IMG/VR virus record: IMGVR_UViG_3300021255_001748
Coordinates: 1-64,000 of that record
Length of the DNA: 64,000 bases
DNA from: a virus
Taxonomy: Duplodnaviria; Caudoviricetes
Reading direction: 5' to 3' (one strand)
The notes beneath the pieces were generated by a model. It ran no database searches, was not told the DNA's origin, and saw only the letters and a list, made by a program, of their open reading frames with translations. How positions within the stretch are numbered: position 1 is the stretch's first letter; the number at the start of each line of letters is the position of its first letter. A program made the position numbers and the translations under genes. Of this stretch, positions 11,216-24,129 are shown piece by piece.

Positions 11216-11524
11216 ATGAAGATAATTGAAAAATTATGCGACATGATTGAGGATGAACTTAATTGCGCCGAAAGTTATGCAAAATGCGCTATTGAGAAAA
11301 AAGAAGAATATCCTCAATTAGCTGAAACCTTCTATAAAATAGCCAATGATAAAATGGGGCATATGAATTTATTACATACTCAGGTAGTTTCTATAATAGA
11401 AGATTATAGAAAGAAGAAAGGAGACCCGCCAGAGGCAATGAAGACATTGTATGATATATTGCACAGACGATATATTGCACATGCAGCCGCTGTTAAAGGT
11501 ATGCTTGCATTATATAAAGAATAA
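11216..11524 (+). CDS. ferritin-like four-helix protein
   Basis: IEDELNCAESY..DKMGHMNLLH pattern; GGAGG RBS. Confidence 0.55.
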   Translation: MKIIEKLCDMIEDELNCAESYAKCAIEKKEEYPQLAETFYKIANDKMGHMNLLHTQVVSIIEDYRKKKGDPPEAMKTLYDILHRRYIAHAAAVKGMLALYKE

Positions 11525-11537
11525 GGAGTGGTGACTT

Positions 11538-11948
11538 ATGTTATAGGCTTATAGTTCTAATCTAGCTATTGCGGCTAATACTGCTTTTCCTTTTAATAAT
11601 TCTCCCGTCGATAAAGGTTGCGCTGAAAAGCTATCTGCGCCCGCTACTATTTAGCTAAATCAACGTGGTGTATATCTTGTTGAAGTTGATGGCTATGCTA
11701 CTGGTGAAGCCGCAGGCAACAACCTAATTCAACTTTACGTTAATGGCGTGGCTATGCCGCAAGCAGTCAGTGGATTTACCGCCGCAGCCGATACTATTTC
11801 TAACTTCGGGTTTAAAACTTTCGTACAAGTTAGTGAAAATAATTGCAATTGCAATTGTTATACTAGCCCAACGATTCTACAAGTTTTAAATGGCGAGCAG
11901 GCTCTTACTGACGCTCATATTAACATTGTAGTAACTAAAATTAGATAA
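11538..11948 (+). CDS. BclA-C/C1q-like beta-sandwich protein (code 15)
   Basis: IQLNQRGVYLVEVDGY..IQLYVNGVAMPQA..NIVVTKI; two TAG read as Gln. Confidence 0.5.
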
Positions 11949-11992
11949 TGAATATGCTGGATTTGAAAAAATCCAGCATACTTTCTTTTACT

Positions 11993-12547
11993 ATGACAAT
12001 AGAAAGTATTTTTATATAGCTTGCGGCACACATGAAAACTGGCGTAGATATGCATTATAAAATGATGGAAGCATATAATTTTATATCGCTAAAAGGATAT
12101 AAAAAATGCCAAGAATATCACTATCTTTCAGAACTGAAAGAATATTTAAATTTATGCCAATATTATTTGGAACATTACTATAAACTACTTAATGTTCCAC
12201 CAGCGGCAGAAACTAATATATTTTCTTCTTCTTGGTATAAATACACACAACAAGAAGTTGATACAAACACAAAGCGCACCGCTGTTAAAGATATAATGAA
12301 GAAGTGGATTGATTGGGAAACTGAAACAAAAACATTATATCAAAATATGTATAAAGAGCTCATTGCTTTAAATGAAGTCGCAGCCGCTAGTTTTTTAGAA
12401 AATTATATTAATGATGTTTCAAAAGAACTGCGGCAAGCATAGCAGAAGCAAATTGAGTTGGAGACAATTAATTATGATGCTGTAGAGATAATAAAAGAGC
12501 AACAGCATTATGAGAAGAAATATAAAAAGAAACTAAAAGGGGAGTGA
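11993..12547 (+). CDS. ferritin-like protein (code 15)
   Basis: GYKKCQEYHYLSE..KWIDWETETKTLY..DVSKEL; extends through TAG at both ends. Confidence 0.55.
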
Positions 12548-12553
12548 TTTCAA

Positions 12554-12940
12554 ATGTGGAAAAATTGGAATCATGAACGGTGGCGTACTCGTGATTTATT
12601 ATTAGAGTATGATACTGCAATTATGCCCCCTCATCCACGTGCTGGCGGCTTATCTATAATTTATCCTTGGGAAGAATTTAATTTAGGACCAATGTTATAT
12701 GAGCTTGCTAAAAATAGTGGATATGATGACACTTATACTAATTTTATTAATTCATTTGGCACTTTTATGTCTGGAAAAAGTATTGTTTACGCATTATTTA
12801 ATGAATTTCCAGAGGAAGGAAACAGTGAATCATTATATTTCGCTACAGATGAAAAAATATTATATTATTGGGATAATGGATATTATCCAATTAATGCAAT
12901 GTTAATTGCAAATACTACATTAGAAGGCGGTGGGGCATAA
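12554..12940 (+). CDS. hypothetical structural-region protein
   Basis: ORF with RBS; TAATG overlap with the next gene. Confidence 0.6.
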   Translation: MWKNWNHERWRTRDLLLEYDTAIMPPHPRAGGLSIIYPWEEFNLGPMLYELAKNSGYDDTYTNFINSFGTFMSGKSIVYALFNEFPEEGNSESLYFATDEKILYYWDNGYYPINAMLIANTTLEGGGA

Positions 12941-13797
12941 TGGCTAGTAATAATAATTCAGTAAGAGTTACGCTTAAAATTCGTAATGACATCGCCGCCA
13001 ATTGGACTAATAATAATCCCATTTTGGCAATGGGTGAGTTTGGATTAGAACAAAGCTCTTTATTGTTCAAAATTGGTGATGGCGTAACTCGTTGGAACGA
13101 CTTACCTTATTTAAATAAAATAGATAATACAAAATTAAAACATAATGCTGATGGTACAATTACTTTTAGTGATGACTTTACTGCATTATTAAATAATGTT
13201 ATAACCACTGATGGCGGGCAAACTATTAATGGCAATTTAACTATTATGGGGACGCCTACAGATAATACTCATGCAGTTACAAAAGCATATGTTGATGCAG
13301 CGGTAGCAAATGCTGGACATTTAAAGCGCGAATTAGTTGTTAATTTACCACAAGTTAGTAATGCAGAAGAAAACACTATTTATATGGTAAAAGATAATTC
13401 TGCTACTGGCGCTGATAAATATAAAGAATATATGCTTATTAATGAAGAATTAGTACAAATTGGCGACACCTCCGTTGATTTAACAGGATTAATAACAGGA
13501 ACTTCAGTCGCTGGCAATCTAATTATGACTGATAATACTGGTGCTTTAGTAGATACTGGTATTGCTGCGGCAGATATTGGGAAATTAGAACCAGGTACTC
13601 CTGCTTTATTAGGTGGCGTTAAATCTTCAACCGCGGACGATTTTATTCGTATTACAGTTGAAAATGATGAGACAGGAGTTAATGCCGGTTTTATGACTTT
13701 AAATAGAGTCTCAACTTCTAAATTATACGTACCTAATGGGGATACTTTAATCCTTGAAGGTGGAAATTCCTCAACAGGGGTGATTACAAATGGATAA
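12940..13797 (+). CDS. tail fibre protein with Mtd_N/hyaluronidase-like N-domain
   Basis: IRNDIAANWTNNNPILAMGEFGLE..FKIGDGVTRWNDLPY. Confidence 0.75.
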   Translation: MASNNNSVRVTLKIRNDIAANWTNNNPILAMGEFGLEQSSLLFKIGDGVTRWNDLPYLNKIDNTKLKHNADGTITFSDDFTALLNNVITTDGGQTINGNLTIMGTPTDNTHAVTKAYVDAAVANAGHLKRELVVNLPQVSNAEENTIYMVKDNSATGADKYKEYMLINEELVQIGDTSVDLTGLITGTSVAGNLIMTDNTGALVDTGIAAADIGKLEPGTPALLGGVKSSTADDFIRITVENDETGVNAGFMTLNRVSTSKLYVPNGDTLILEGGNSSTGVITNG

Positions 13798-15127
13798 TAT
13801 TTTAAATGCGAGAATAAAATTAAAATATGATACTTATGAACATTGGGAAAGTATCAAAAATTCTTTTAAACCTTTAGCGGGCGAGGTAATTTTATATTAG
13901 ATTCCTGCATAGCAAACATCTACTGGATTAACTCCTCCTGCTGTTGGAGTTAAAGTTGGTGATGGTACTAATTTTTTAAAAGATTTACCATGGATTCAGG
14001 CAATTGCTGGAGATGTATATAGTTGGGCTAAGGCACAAAATAAGCCTAGTTATAATGCTACTGAAATTAGTGCGACAAGAACTGACACAATAAGTGGAAC
14101 TACCGTAGAATCATCCCCCACAGTTAATGCTTGGTTACAAGCATTAACAGATGATATAAGTAGTCTATCTGGTGGCGCTGGTAGCATATCGAGCCAAATT
14201 GCTAACGCTTTAGCAGCATTAGATGTGACTAATTCCGGCAGTGATCCTCATAATATTACAGGCTTTTCACCCGCTAAAACATTAGCAACATTAATTGAAA
14301 GTGACGGATATATTTCTGCTACTTTCCAAGATATTTTAATTGCACAAAGTTAGGTTAATGGATTAACCGATGCGTTAGCTACAAAGGCGCCGTTAGCTTC
14401 TCCAGATTTTACTGGCACTCCAACAGCTCCAACCGCAGCCGCTGGTACTAATACCACTCAAATTGCTACAACTGCGTTTGTAAAGAATGCTGTTGATACA
14501 GCGACGCAAGGTCTTACTGGTGCAATGCATTATAAAGGAGCGATAGCGGCTGACCCGACTGTTACACCACCAGCTGATACTTATGAGTCCGGTGACGTTG
14601 TAACTAATGGTAATAAAGAATATGTTTATGACGGTGTTGATTGGAGAGAATTAGGGACAGAAGGCGATTATGCTATTAAAGGTAGTATCAGTAACGATGA
14701 TATTGCAGACGACGCTGCAATTGATTTATCTAAATTAGACATTGCTTATATAGGTAATTATGATGCGAGCACAAGTCCATTAACCACAAAAAGCTATGTA
14801 AGCGGACTAGTTGATGATGCTAGTTTAGGAGCTTTACTCACTGTTTCTGATATGTATAAATTCCATCCCGAACGTAGTGATAGCACAACAGATGCAACAA
14901 TTCAAGATGGCGAAATTAAAGTAACTGTTGGAACTACAGATGCTACTACTGGTAATACTAATACATTATATACGTATTATGCGAAACCTAAAAATCTAAA
15001 AACGGTGGCAACTTCAGCAGACGTTTATGATCTTTTAAATGCACAAACCGCTTCTAGTGTTGCTACTGGTCGTACCGCTAAGTATTTCATATGGGATTGC
15101 GGCGATGCTACACATTTAATAGACTGA
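13790..15127 (+). CDS. tail fibre protein, Mtd_N-like (445 aa, code 15)
   Basis: NARIKLKYDT..FKPLAGE..VKVGDGTNFLKDLPW; GAMHYKG module. Confidence 0.75.
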
Positions 15128-15211
15128 ATTAATAGTAGGGATACGATTAATTCTTTTAATTACATAGCTGAAATGATGCTATGATTTTAAATTCAGTTGA
15201 AAACGACACTG

Positions 15212-15258
15212 AAAAGAGGGGCGAATACTGTCAACTGATAGTATATTGCCCCTCTTTT
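15212..15258. terminator. hairpin/terminator
   Basis: AAAAGAGGGGC...GCCCCTCTTTT. Confidence 0.6.
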
Positions 15259-15280
15259 CTTGTTATAAAGAGGTGAAATT

Positions 15281-15841
15281 ATGGCTGATAATATTGTAAA
15301 TGCGAGAATATAGTTGAAGAATGATACGGAAGCTAATTGGCAATCTGCAATTAATTTTAAACCGCGTAAAGGAGAACTTATCATTTCTACGACGGATAGT
15401 ACACATCCATTTCCTATGTTAAGAGTAGGAGATGGAGTAACCGCTGTAAAAGATTTACCTATATTAAATTTACAAACAGATTGGAATGCTGCAGATTCTT
15501 CTTCTGGATATATTAAGAATAAACCAATTATTGTAAAAAATACATCAGCCTGGAATAGTGATAATACAATTTATTCTGCTGGCACAATATTAATTTATTC
15601 AGACTATAAAATTGTTAATATTGGTTCACAAGCATACAACGTGGCAGGCATTAAAATTGCTGATGGTAGTCACACAAGTAGTATCTAGCCTTTTATTGAC
15701 ACTGATACAGTTGAATTACTTGCGGCGCATATTAACAATACTACAATTCATATAACACAAGCTGAACGAGAATTATGGAATAATAAACTTAATTATGAAA
15801 ATGAGATTAATAATGAAACATTAATCTTTAATAGACTATAA
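15281..15841 (+). CDS. short Mtd_N-like tail protein (code 15)
   Basis: NARI(Q)LKNDTEANW..FKPRKGELII..RVGDGVTAVKDLP. Confidence 0.7.
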
Positions 15842-15854
15842 TGGAGGGATACTT

Positions 15855-16505
15855 ATGGCAGATATTAGTAAAATTAAATTGCCTGGTGATGCCACAGTAT
15901 ATAATTTAAAGGATGCGGAGGCTAGAACTTCTATTGCCAATTTACAAAGTTCTGTAACAGGTGCAATGCATTATATTGGTACTTCATCTACAGCAATAAC
16001 TGATGGCGGCTCGGAACTACCTACTATTAATGGGACTGCTATGGTAGCTTCTGATCTACATTCTGGTGATGTCGTGGTTTATGGGACTACAGGAGAAGGA
16101 ACAGCGGCAGCCCCAAAAGAATATATATGGAATGGCACTAAATGGGAAGAATTTGGTTCAACTGGTTCATTGAAAGCATTAGCTTTTAAAGATACCGCCA
16201 CTGCTGCCGCACAAGCTATTACAATTAAGACTGACGTAGCATTAAATACTACTACCAAATATACTGCAAGCAGTGCAACTGGCGGAGGGTCAGTAACTGC
16301 TGGTTCTGCCGCGGAATGTACTTTTCCTCAGTTAACAGCAACAGTAACTACTGCAACAGAGTTATTAGAATTAGGATGGACCAACGGAAGTTTTACTGCT
16401 AATACTCCTACCGCAGTTACGCTACCATCTTTTACTAGCACAACAATTGCAACAGGCGTAAAAACTTAGCCTGCATTTCAGGCTGCGGCATCCACTGTAA
16501 CTTAA
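15855..16505 (+). CDS. tail fibre-like protein (code 15)
   Basis: ISKIKLP..GAMHYIG..SGDVV..KEYIWNGTKWEEFG. Confidence 0.7.
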
Positions 16506-16517
16506 TGAGGTGATAGT

Positions 16518-16880
16518 ATGGCAGAAGGACGTATTAGTCAAATCAAGCTACCAAATGGATAGACATATGATATTAATGCTAAACTTGTAAATGGACATAC
16601 TGTTGCTGCCGATGTACCTGCGGATGCCACTTTTATAAATACTGATACCTTACAAGATACTTCTCTCGCTACTAATACAAAAGCTTATATTACCGGCGTT
16701 ACCACCACACCAACCGTTGCTGCTGCAGCTATGACGGCAGTAGCAGATACCGGTATCTATACTACTACAACCGCAGGCGAATTATCAGCCGTTCGCCATT
16801 CTTGGAACGTTAGCGGCGTTGAGAAGGCTCACACGGAATATGACGCAACTAACGATTGCATTAATTTTATATTTGATTAA
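16518..16880 (+). CDS. short tail fibre-like protein (code 15)
   Basis: ISQIKLPNG(Q)TYDINAK; GAGGTG RBS. Confidence 0.65.
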
Positions 16881-16891
16881 GAGGTGATTTA

Positions 16892-17227
16892 ATGTTTTCT
16901 TTACAATTAGCAGATGGTACGTTAATTGACGGATTAAAACGCATAAATCCTTCAACATTTGAACTTATAAGTAACGATAACATATTATATCACCAGCTTA
17001 ATGATTTTAATCTCTCGTTCGCTATTCTCCTTGATGAAGACGGCGTAATGAGTGATGTTTATTTGGACTATACACTGCAAAATTTTATATAGCAAAGTGG
17101 TATAGTTTATTTTAGATTAACTAGTATTAACGAGTTAAAAAAACAAATAAAACATAAGAAAGAAAAAGAAATAGAAAAGTGGCAAAAATACAATGAAAAA
17201 ATGAAGAAAAGGAGGGAGCGCAAATGA
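16892..17227 (+). CDS. hypothetical protein (code 15)
   Basis: GAGGTG RBS; ATGA overlap with the next gene after TAG readthrough. Confidence 0.6.
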
Positions 17228-19590
17228 GTTTGAAAATATGGCTGCCCCTCTGTGATAACAATAATATGCTAAAAAATTTAGGGCTTTAGCCGCTAACATG
17301 GATAAATACTGGATTAAATATTGTAGAATCTGGGAAAATTGGTGGATATTCTCATTATGCTCAAACTGCAGGTGATGGCTTGTCAGCAGGACCAATTACT
17401 ATTCCCGTAAATAGCTAGATTTCTATTTGTGCGTGGGTTAATTTTTTAGATACAACTAGAACTACTGGTTATATCTGTGGATTTGGTAATCCAACAGCAA
17501 CAGCTGATTTTATGATAGCACGACATCAGTATACTAGTATTGGCGTTTATTTAGGTGACTCACAGCAATTAAGTGCAAATGCTAGTGAGTATAATTATAA
17601 TATGCAAGATTGGATGCATGTTGCCGCCACTTATGATGGTACTAAATTAAAATTATATGTTAATGGCCAATTTTTAAAAGAAAAAGAAATTACTACTACA
17701 GTACAATCCACCAATTATTTTTTAATTGGCTCTCGTAGTATTGCCACTGCAGGCAATTTTCATAACAGTACTTATGCTAATGCAGAAATAAATGATGTGC
17801 GTTATTATGATCACTGTCTCTCCGCTGCAGAAGTTAAAGAGATTGCATAGGGATTAATACTTCATTATAAATTAGATAATGGTGGAATGAATAATTTATT
17901 AAAAAATAGTAATAATTTTACTGCTGCAGATTTCTCATGCACACGTTCAACTGTACCATCTAATGGTATATTACAGGTAACACCAACTACTTTAGCCGCA
18001 TATGCTAAATATATTACTGATTTAGATTATGATTTTTATAATAATAAAACCTATACAGTATCATATGATATGCAAGAAATAGAATCAAGTGATACTACTT
18101 ATACTTCTGCTCCAATGCGAGTATACTGTGGTTACACTATCGCATCTCGTAAAACGGCAGCATTTAGTTCAAATTATGACAGATATACATATAAAACAAT
18201 CTCAACTATTGGCTCAGGTTGGCATCACTATTCGGTTAGTTTTTCTGTCCCTGATGAATTAAATATTGGAAAAACTGAAGCATTAACATCAGGTTCTAAT
18301 TTGTGTGTTGAATTTTATAGAGTTGCTTAGCACATACCAGTTCAGATAAAAAATATAAAATTAGAAATAGGCAATAAAGACACTGGATATACACTAAATC
18401 CAGCCGATTTAAATATTGATCCTACAATAATTGAAGATAGTAGCGGCTATAATCATAATGGAATTTCGTCATCGCTTTAGTTGTATTCTTCGGATACACC
18501 ACGATATACTACTTCTAATTATATAACAGATGCTGCAACTGCATATTTATCAGCTGATAATTTAGCATTTAATATAAGAAATATTACTACAAATATTTGG
18601 TTTAAAAGCACCAACACTTCACCAACAGGAGGACACCATTGTCCACTTACATTAAGTACGAATGATGGGAATAATTTAACTTTATTTGTTCATAATAGCG
18701 GAAAGTATCGTTCAGGAATAAATGTAAATAATACATCTTATCAAGTAAATTGTGAAAATACAAATTGTCTTGATGGGAATTGGCATATGTTAACTCTAAC
18801 ATATGATGGCGCCACTTTAAAACGTTATTTTGATGGAACATTAGTTTCTACAACTGTTGTCAGTTATACTACAGATCTTTATTTGACTAATTTAGTTATA
18901 GGTAAAAGAGGCATATATATAAGTGAAAATATTTATATAAGTGACTTGCGTATTTACGCCACTCCATTACTTGACGATGATATAAAATAGTTGTATAATA
19001 TAAGTATGGGAATAGATAAAAATGGTAATACTCATACTGGTGAATATATAGAAAATCAAATAAATATATTCAATAATAAAAATGTTTCATAGTATTGTAA
19101 AACAAATTACTCAAATGAACCAATATTACGTAATGGAATATTAAGTATTAGAATTTATCCTGCAGATTATTATCACAATATTAGTAATTCAGAATCAGCT
19201 ATTTTAAAAAATGAATTTTTACCTAATACTCAATATTATTTTGATATATGGGCAGATGGTGATTCCAGTACTAGTACAAATAATACTGGTTTTAGAATTA
19301 ATTATACCGATGGAACGGATACAGAAATGCATTTTATTGGAAACGGTAATAATGGCTGGTAGCATAAAGTTCTAGTATCCGATGAAAATAAAAGCATTTT
19401 AAATTGTTCAGAATTTTATGGCACTAATACGCCAGTATATTATGGATTAAACAGTTTTATCGGCCCTATTAGTAATTTACAAATTCAAAAAAATACTCAA
19501 ATAAATACCACTACAATATCTGAAAATTATCAACAAACTTCATTCCATCACGGTGGAGCATTAAATACTAAACAAATAATAGAGCGTTAA
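17224..19590 (+). CDS. LamG/concanavalin A-like lectin domain protein (788 aa, code 15)
   Basis: WMHVAATYDGTKLKLYVNG..INDVRYYDHCLSAAEVKEIA(Q)GLILHYKLD; second WHMLTLTYDG..ISDLRIYATPL; three ORF fragments share one frame. Confidence 0.8.
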
Positions 19591-19602
19591 GGAGGAATTA
19601 CA

Positions 19603-21384
19603 ATGGCTCAACTTAAAGATACATTAATATAGGGCAGTGCCAGAGTTACGGATACGCTCTATGCTAGTACAATTAATGGACTAACGTTAATTGCTGAGGC
19701 AACAGGCTTTACAATTACAGGAGGCACTACTTCTAAAACATTAACAGTAAGTGATACAATTACATTAAAGACTGGTACAGCGGCTTATTTAGCATATTAT
19801 TCAGCGGCTGGAACTATTAGCGGACATAGTATAGCACATTTTTCTGATGAATTTGATAGTTCGGTTGCTAATAAGAAAAATGAATTAGTACTAGGTAATG
19901 CAATAGCAAAAGCCACCAATGGTAGCTCATGGGGACAAATAGCATTATATAGTCCAGGAACCAAAGGAACGAATATTAATAGTGTAGAGAATAGTACAGC
20001 TTGGTATACAGCTACTTTACAAGCTAAAACCGGTACTATTGCCTTAACATCAGATATTCCAACTGACTTAAATTAGTTAACTAACAGTCCGGGTTATGTT
20101 ACTTCATCTGGTGTTACTTCAATCACATTATCTGCTGGAGCCGGCATTTCCTTAGATACTACTGAAGCTATCACTACTACCGGTACACGCACCATTAGTA
20201 TTTCTGGTGTTGATACGACCAATGGTTCAGAAACATAGTGTCTAACTAAAAAAGGCACCTGGAAAACTTTTGGTACTTCTAACCTTATAGTTGGTACTGA
20301 TGCTTCCAATGCAGCTGCAGGTAACCATGTTCATGGCAATATTACTAATACAGGCTGCATTACTGAAGTCATTACGCCAACTAATGGTGACTACTTAATT
20401 ATAGGTGATAGTGACGCAAGCGGAAAATTAGGCAAAGGTCCAACTTTTGTTAGTCCAACAGCTAATTAGTTTTTAAAAGATACTGGTGCTTTTGCTGCTA
20501 TTACAGCCGCTGATTTACCCGCGGCAACTATATCTGCTAAAGGGGCAGTTGTTATAGGAACTGGCCTAACTATTTCATCTGATACTGTAAGTGTTGCTTA
20601 TGGCACAAGCGCTAATACAGCATTAGAAGGAAATACTGACATTAATAAAGTAAAACAAAATGCTGCGTCTACCGCTAATATTGATTATCCAATATTATTA
20701 GCTTCTGGTTCAGATACCACATTATAGACAGATTATGTAAATAAAACTGCAACTTTAACATATAATCCAAATAGTACTATTTTAACTACGCCACATCTTA
20801 CAATCAGTAATGCTGCAGCACATTCACATTTAACGTTTAGTAGAACTACTTGGAATTATATTACAGGGCCTGCAGAAAGTGTTATTGCATTTAATTTTGG
20901 TACTATAGGTGCAAATGATTCTACTTTAGCAGTATCAGCAACCAGTGCATCTCCCGGAAAAAGTAATACTTATGATTTAGGTGAGTCTGCTACTCGTTGG
21001 CGAGCGATATATGCAAATAACTACGTGCCTCTTGCTAGAACCAAATCTACTTTACAAAATACAGCTGGAACATATATTTTTGCTTTAAATGATACTATAT
21101 TGCAAATTAATAGTGATAGTAATTATTATTATGTTGGCCTATAGATAGGTGATGATGATAGCAAATGGCAGCTTACTAATTATAATAACACTCTATGGTT
21201 CCGATAGAACAGTAACGGTGGGACAAATACTACTTGGGAAACTTGGACACAAGTTTTAGACACATCATTATTAGATAATACAATTTCAACAACTATAGAT
21301 GCTTCTCATATTCCCACAACTTAGGCGGTAGTTAGTTATATTGCTGAAAATGCTGGTTCAAGCATTGAAATTATTAGATTATAA
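19603..21384 (+). CDS. tail fibre protein (593 aa, code 15)
   Basis: MAQLKDTLI(Q)GSARV; Thr/Ser/Gly-rich; LWFR(Q)NSNGG..WETW near the C-terminus; GGAGG RBS. Confidence 0.7.
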
Positions 21385-21395
21385 GGAGTGAAATT

Positions 21396-22127
21396 ATGGC
21401 TTTATATTTAGGAAATGCAAAAGTTGGCCTCACTACACCACCGACATTAAAACATATAGCAATGCGGCCAGATGCTGAATTGATTTAGACTTATACGCAT
21501 GATAGTATGTTAGTGGAAGACGATGGAATAACGCTTCCTTCTTACTCTACAACTGCTACAACTTTAGTGGCCGTTGCTGATTTAACTCCTACTATTAGTA
21601 TAGATTTAGATGAATATGATTATTTTATTAGCGAAAGAACCTTAACTATCCCAGAATATAATATAACTACAATTGCCAAAGGGAGACAGGAATATAGTTG
21701 GAGTGCTTACAATTATGAAATTGTATATATACCTGTCGATACTTTTAATGCATTAATCGACCCAGTTGAAACACCAGCAAGACAATAGGTTTTATTTGCA
21801 AAAGGTTGTTTTCGTGATTTATATTATTCAAGTGCGACAGCAACATCATTGTATACTGCTACTACATATGGGCTTCATTAGGTAATATAGGCACCAACTG
21901 TTACCGCGACGGTTTTAACTATAAAAGCGCCTAGCGTTACAATTCGTGGAAGTACTACCTATTTTACTAATACTTTTTATAATGCACTAACTGACTGTCG
22001 TAGAGAGTTTATTATTGACGTATATCGTGCGCCTAAAAAATCATTAAATTATGATGGCTGGGATTTAACACAAGGTATATTATCAATTGCTAATGATATT
22101 AAAAATAATAATGGAACATTACGCTAA
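21396..22127 (+). CDS. hypothetical structural protein (code 15)
   Basis: MALYLGNAKV start; one frame when TAG=Gln. Confidence 0.65.
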
Positions 22128-22139
22128 GGAGGTAATAGA

Positions 22140-22826
22140 ATGGCTAATTTAAATAAAATTGTAACTTTAACAACAGCGCAATATAATACTTTAGTAAATA
22201 ATGGTTCTGTTACTTCTAATGGTGTAACAGTAACATATGATACTAATTCATTATACTTAACAACAGATGATAGTACTGCTGGTGTTTCATTAACTTCATA
22301 GACAACACAAGTTAATTTAACTGGGGCAGCTACCGTAAATGATGAAAGCTTATAGCTAACTTCAGCTTACGTTACAACAGCCGGAGCCTTATATTCTACT
22401 ACAGTTCATAATGCAGTCTGGAATGACTATGCTGAATATCGTGCGGCCGCAAGCTATATTGAACCTGGCCGAGTAGTAATTGATACGGATAACGGTGAAA
22501 TAATTGTAGCTACATAGCGATTATAGCCAGGCGCACAAGTAGTGTCAGACACGTGGGGCCATATTATGGGTGAGACTGAACAAGCTAAAACGCCAGTTGC
22601 AGTTGCGGGGCGAGTATTAGTATATCCATATCGTGACCGCAGTGAATATCATGCGGGAATGGCCGTATGCTCCGCGCCTAATGGTACAGTAGATATTATG
22701 ACGAGGGATGAAATTCGCGACTATCCTGATTGCATTATTGGTATTGTTAGTGAGATTCCTAATTATAAAGAATGGGGTACTGATAATATAAAAGTCAATA
22801 ATAGAATTTGGATAAGGGTGAAATAA
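22140..22826 (+). CDS. tail protein with C-terminal Peptidase_G2-like intramolecular chaperone (code 15)
   Basis: NAVWNDYAEYR..PVAVAGRVLVY..IIGIVSE..RIWIRVK. Confidence 0.7.
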
Positions 22827-22827
22827 A

Positions 22828-23433
22828 ATGGGCACTTTTCAATTTAATCATACAGTTACCAAAAATGGCACAGGATATGCTGTATTTAATAGTTATGGAG
22901 CAATTACCGTGCCAGAAAATTATAGATTAAATTCTGTACCGCTTACGTGGTCAATTGGAATAGCTGGTAGCACTGGTTCTACAACTAATTCTGGGCAATA
23001 GTTATTATATAAAACCGATGGAACTCAATCAGAAAATAAAGTTATTACTACTGCATTAAATACCAATTATACATCAAATCTGATATTAACAAACGCTACA
23101 ATAGTAAAATTTATGTTTCAGACATATTTTGTTGTGGGCAGTGGTGCGAGTTATGGATAGAGAATTTGGTATTGCTTATTAAAATTACCATTCGGCGGAA
23201 TTAATTCAGAAACAATTATTACTGCAGCTAAACTTAATGAAGTTGCTGATGCCTTAAATAGTAATAATAAAGTTACTGCAGGAGATTTTTTAGTTAGAAG
23301 TGCTTGGCAAACATTGGCTGATAATTATTCTATTAATTTTAATAATACTCAGCCATAGTTCGCTGATTTAAATGCTTTACTTGAAGAAATACCAGCAACT
23401 TGGGAAATAAGCGGAGATAATGTAGAATGGTAA
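22828..23433 (+). CDS. hypothetical structural protein (code 15)
   Basis: open 606-nt frame when TAG=Gln; ITAAKLNEVA motif. Confidence 0.55.
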
Positions 23434-23478
23434 ATATTTATTTTAATTTTAAAAATATTAAAATGGAGATGATTAATA

Positions 23479-23739
23479 ATGGCTCACAAAATGACACGCC
23501 GTGGTTCATTAGATAATGTAATCACATATGAACATTATTGCGATACAGTCGCAGATTTAAATACTATTCCGGAAACTGAAATTAATTTAGGCACTATTGC
23601 TCTTGTCCTTAAGGGTACTACTGGTCTAGAAGTATATATGGCAGATAGTAATAAAAATTGGATACGTATTTATGGCGGAAGTGGCTCTTCTGATGAGGGT
23701 CAAGGCCCTATAGCTGATGAAACGGTATTAAAAGAATAA
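23479..23739 (+). CDS. hypothetical structural-region protein
   Basis: YEHYCDTVADL..GTIALVL..YMADSNKNW motif. Confidence 0.65.
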   Translation: MAHKMTRRGSLDNVITYEHYCDTVADLNTIPETEINLGTIALVLKGTTGLEVYMADSNKNWIRIYGGSGSSDEGQGPIADETVLKE

Positions 23740-23751
23740 GGGGTGATTAAA

Positions 23752-24123
23752 ATGAGTTATGAAAAATAGACTTGGGCCGCTGGTGATAAAATCACCAGTG
23801 CAAAGTTAAATCATATGGAAGATGGTATTCTTCAAAGCGGTTTTAATACATCAGGTAACATACTAATTTTATTTGACCCATCATTAGATGATTCTTTACA
23901 TTTAAGTTATAATGAAATTGAAGCAATGCTAGAAAGAAATATACTTCCTTACTTACATCTAGTAGAAGAAGGAGGACATGCTCTAGCTTTCTTAGAATCA
24001 TATAGCGTGAATCAAGATGGCAATACTACAACATATGAAGTACGCTTCTATACTCCGTATCCGACTAATGATTTAGTATTTACAGCTAATGATGCCGACG
24101 GAACATTGACAATAGTGGGGTGA
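23752..24123 (+). CDS. hypothetical structural protein (code 15)
   Basis: MSYEK(Q)TWAAGDKITSAKLNHMEDGI. Confidence 0.7.
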
Positions 24124-24129
24124 AAATAA

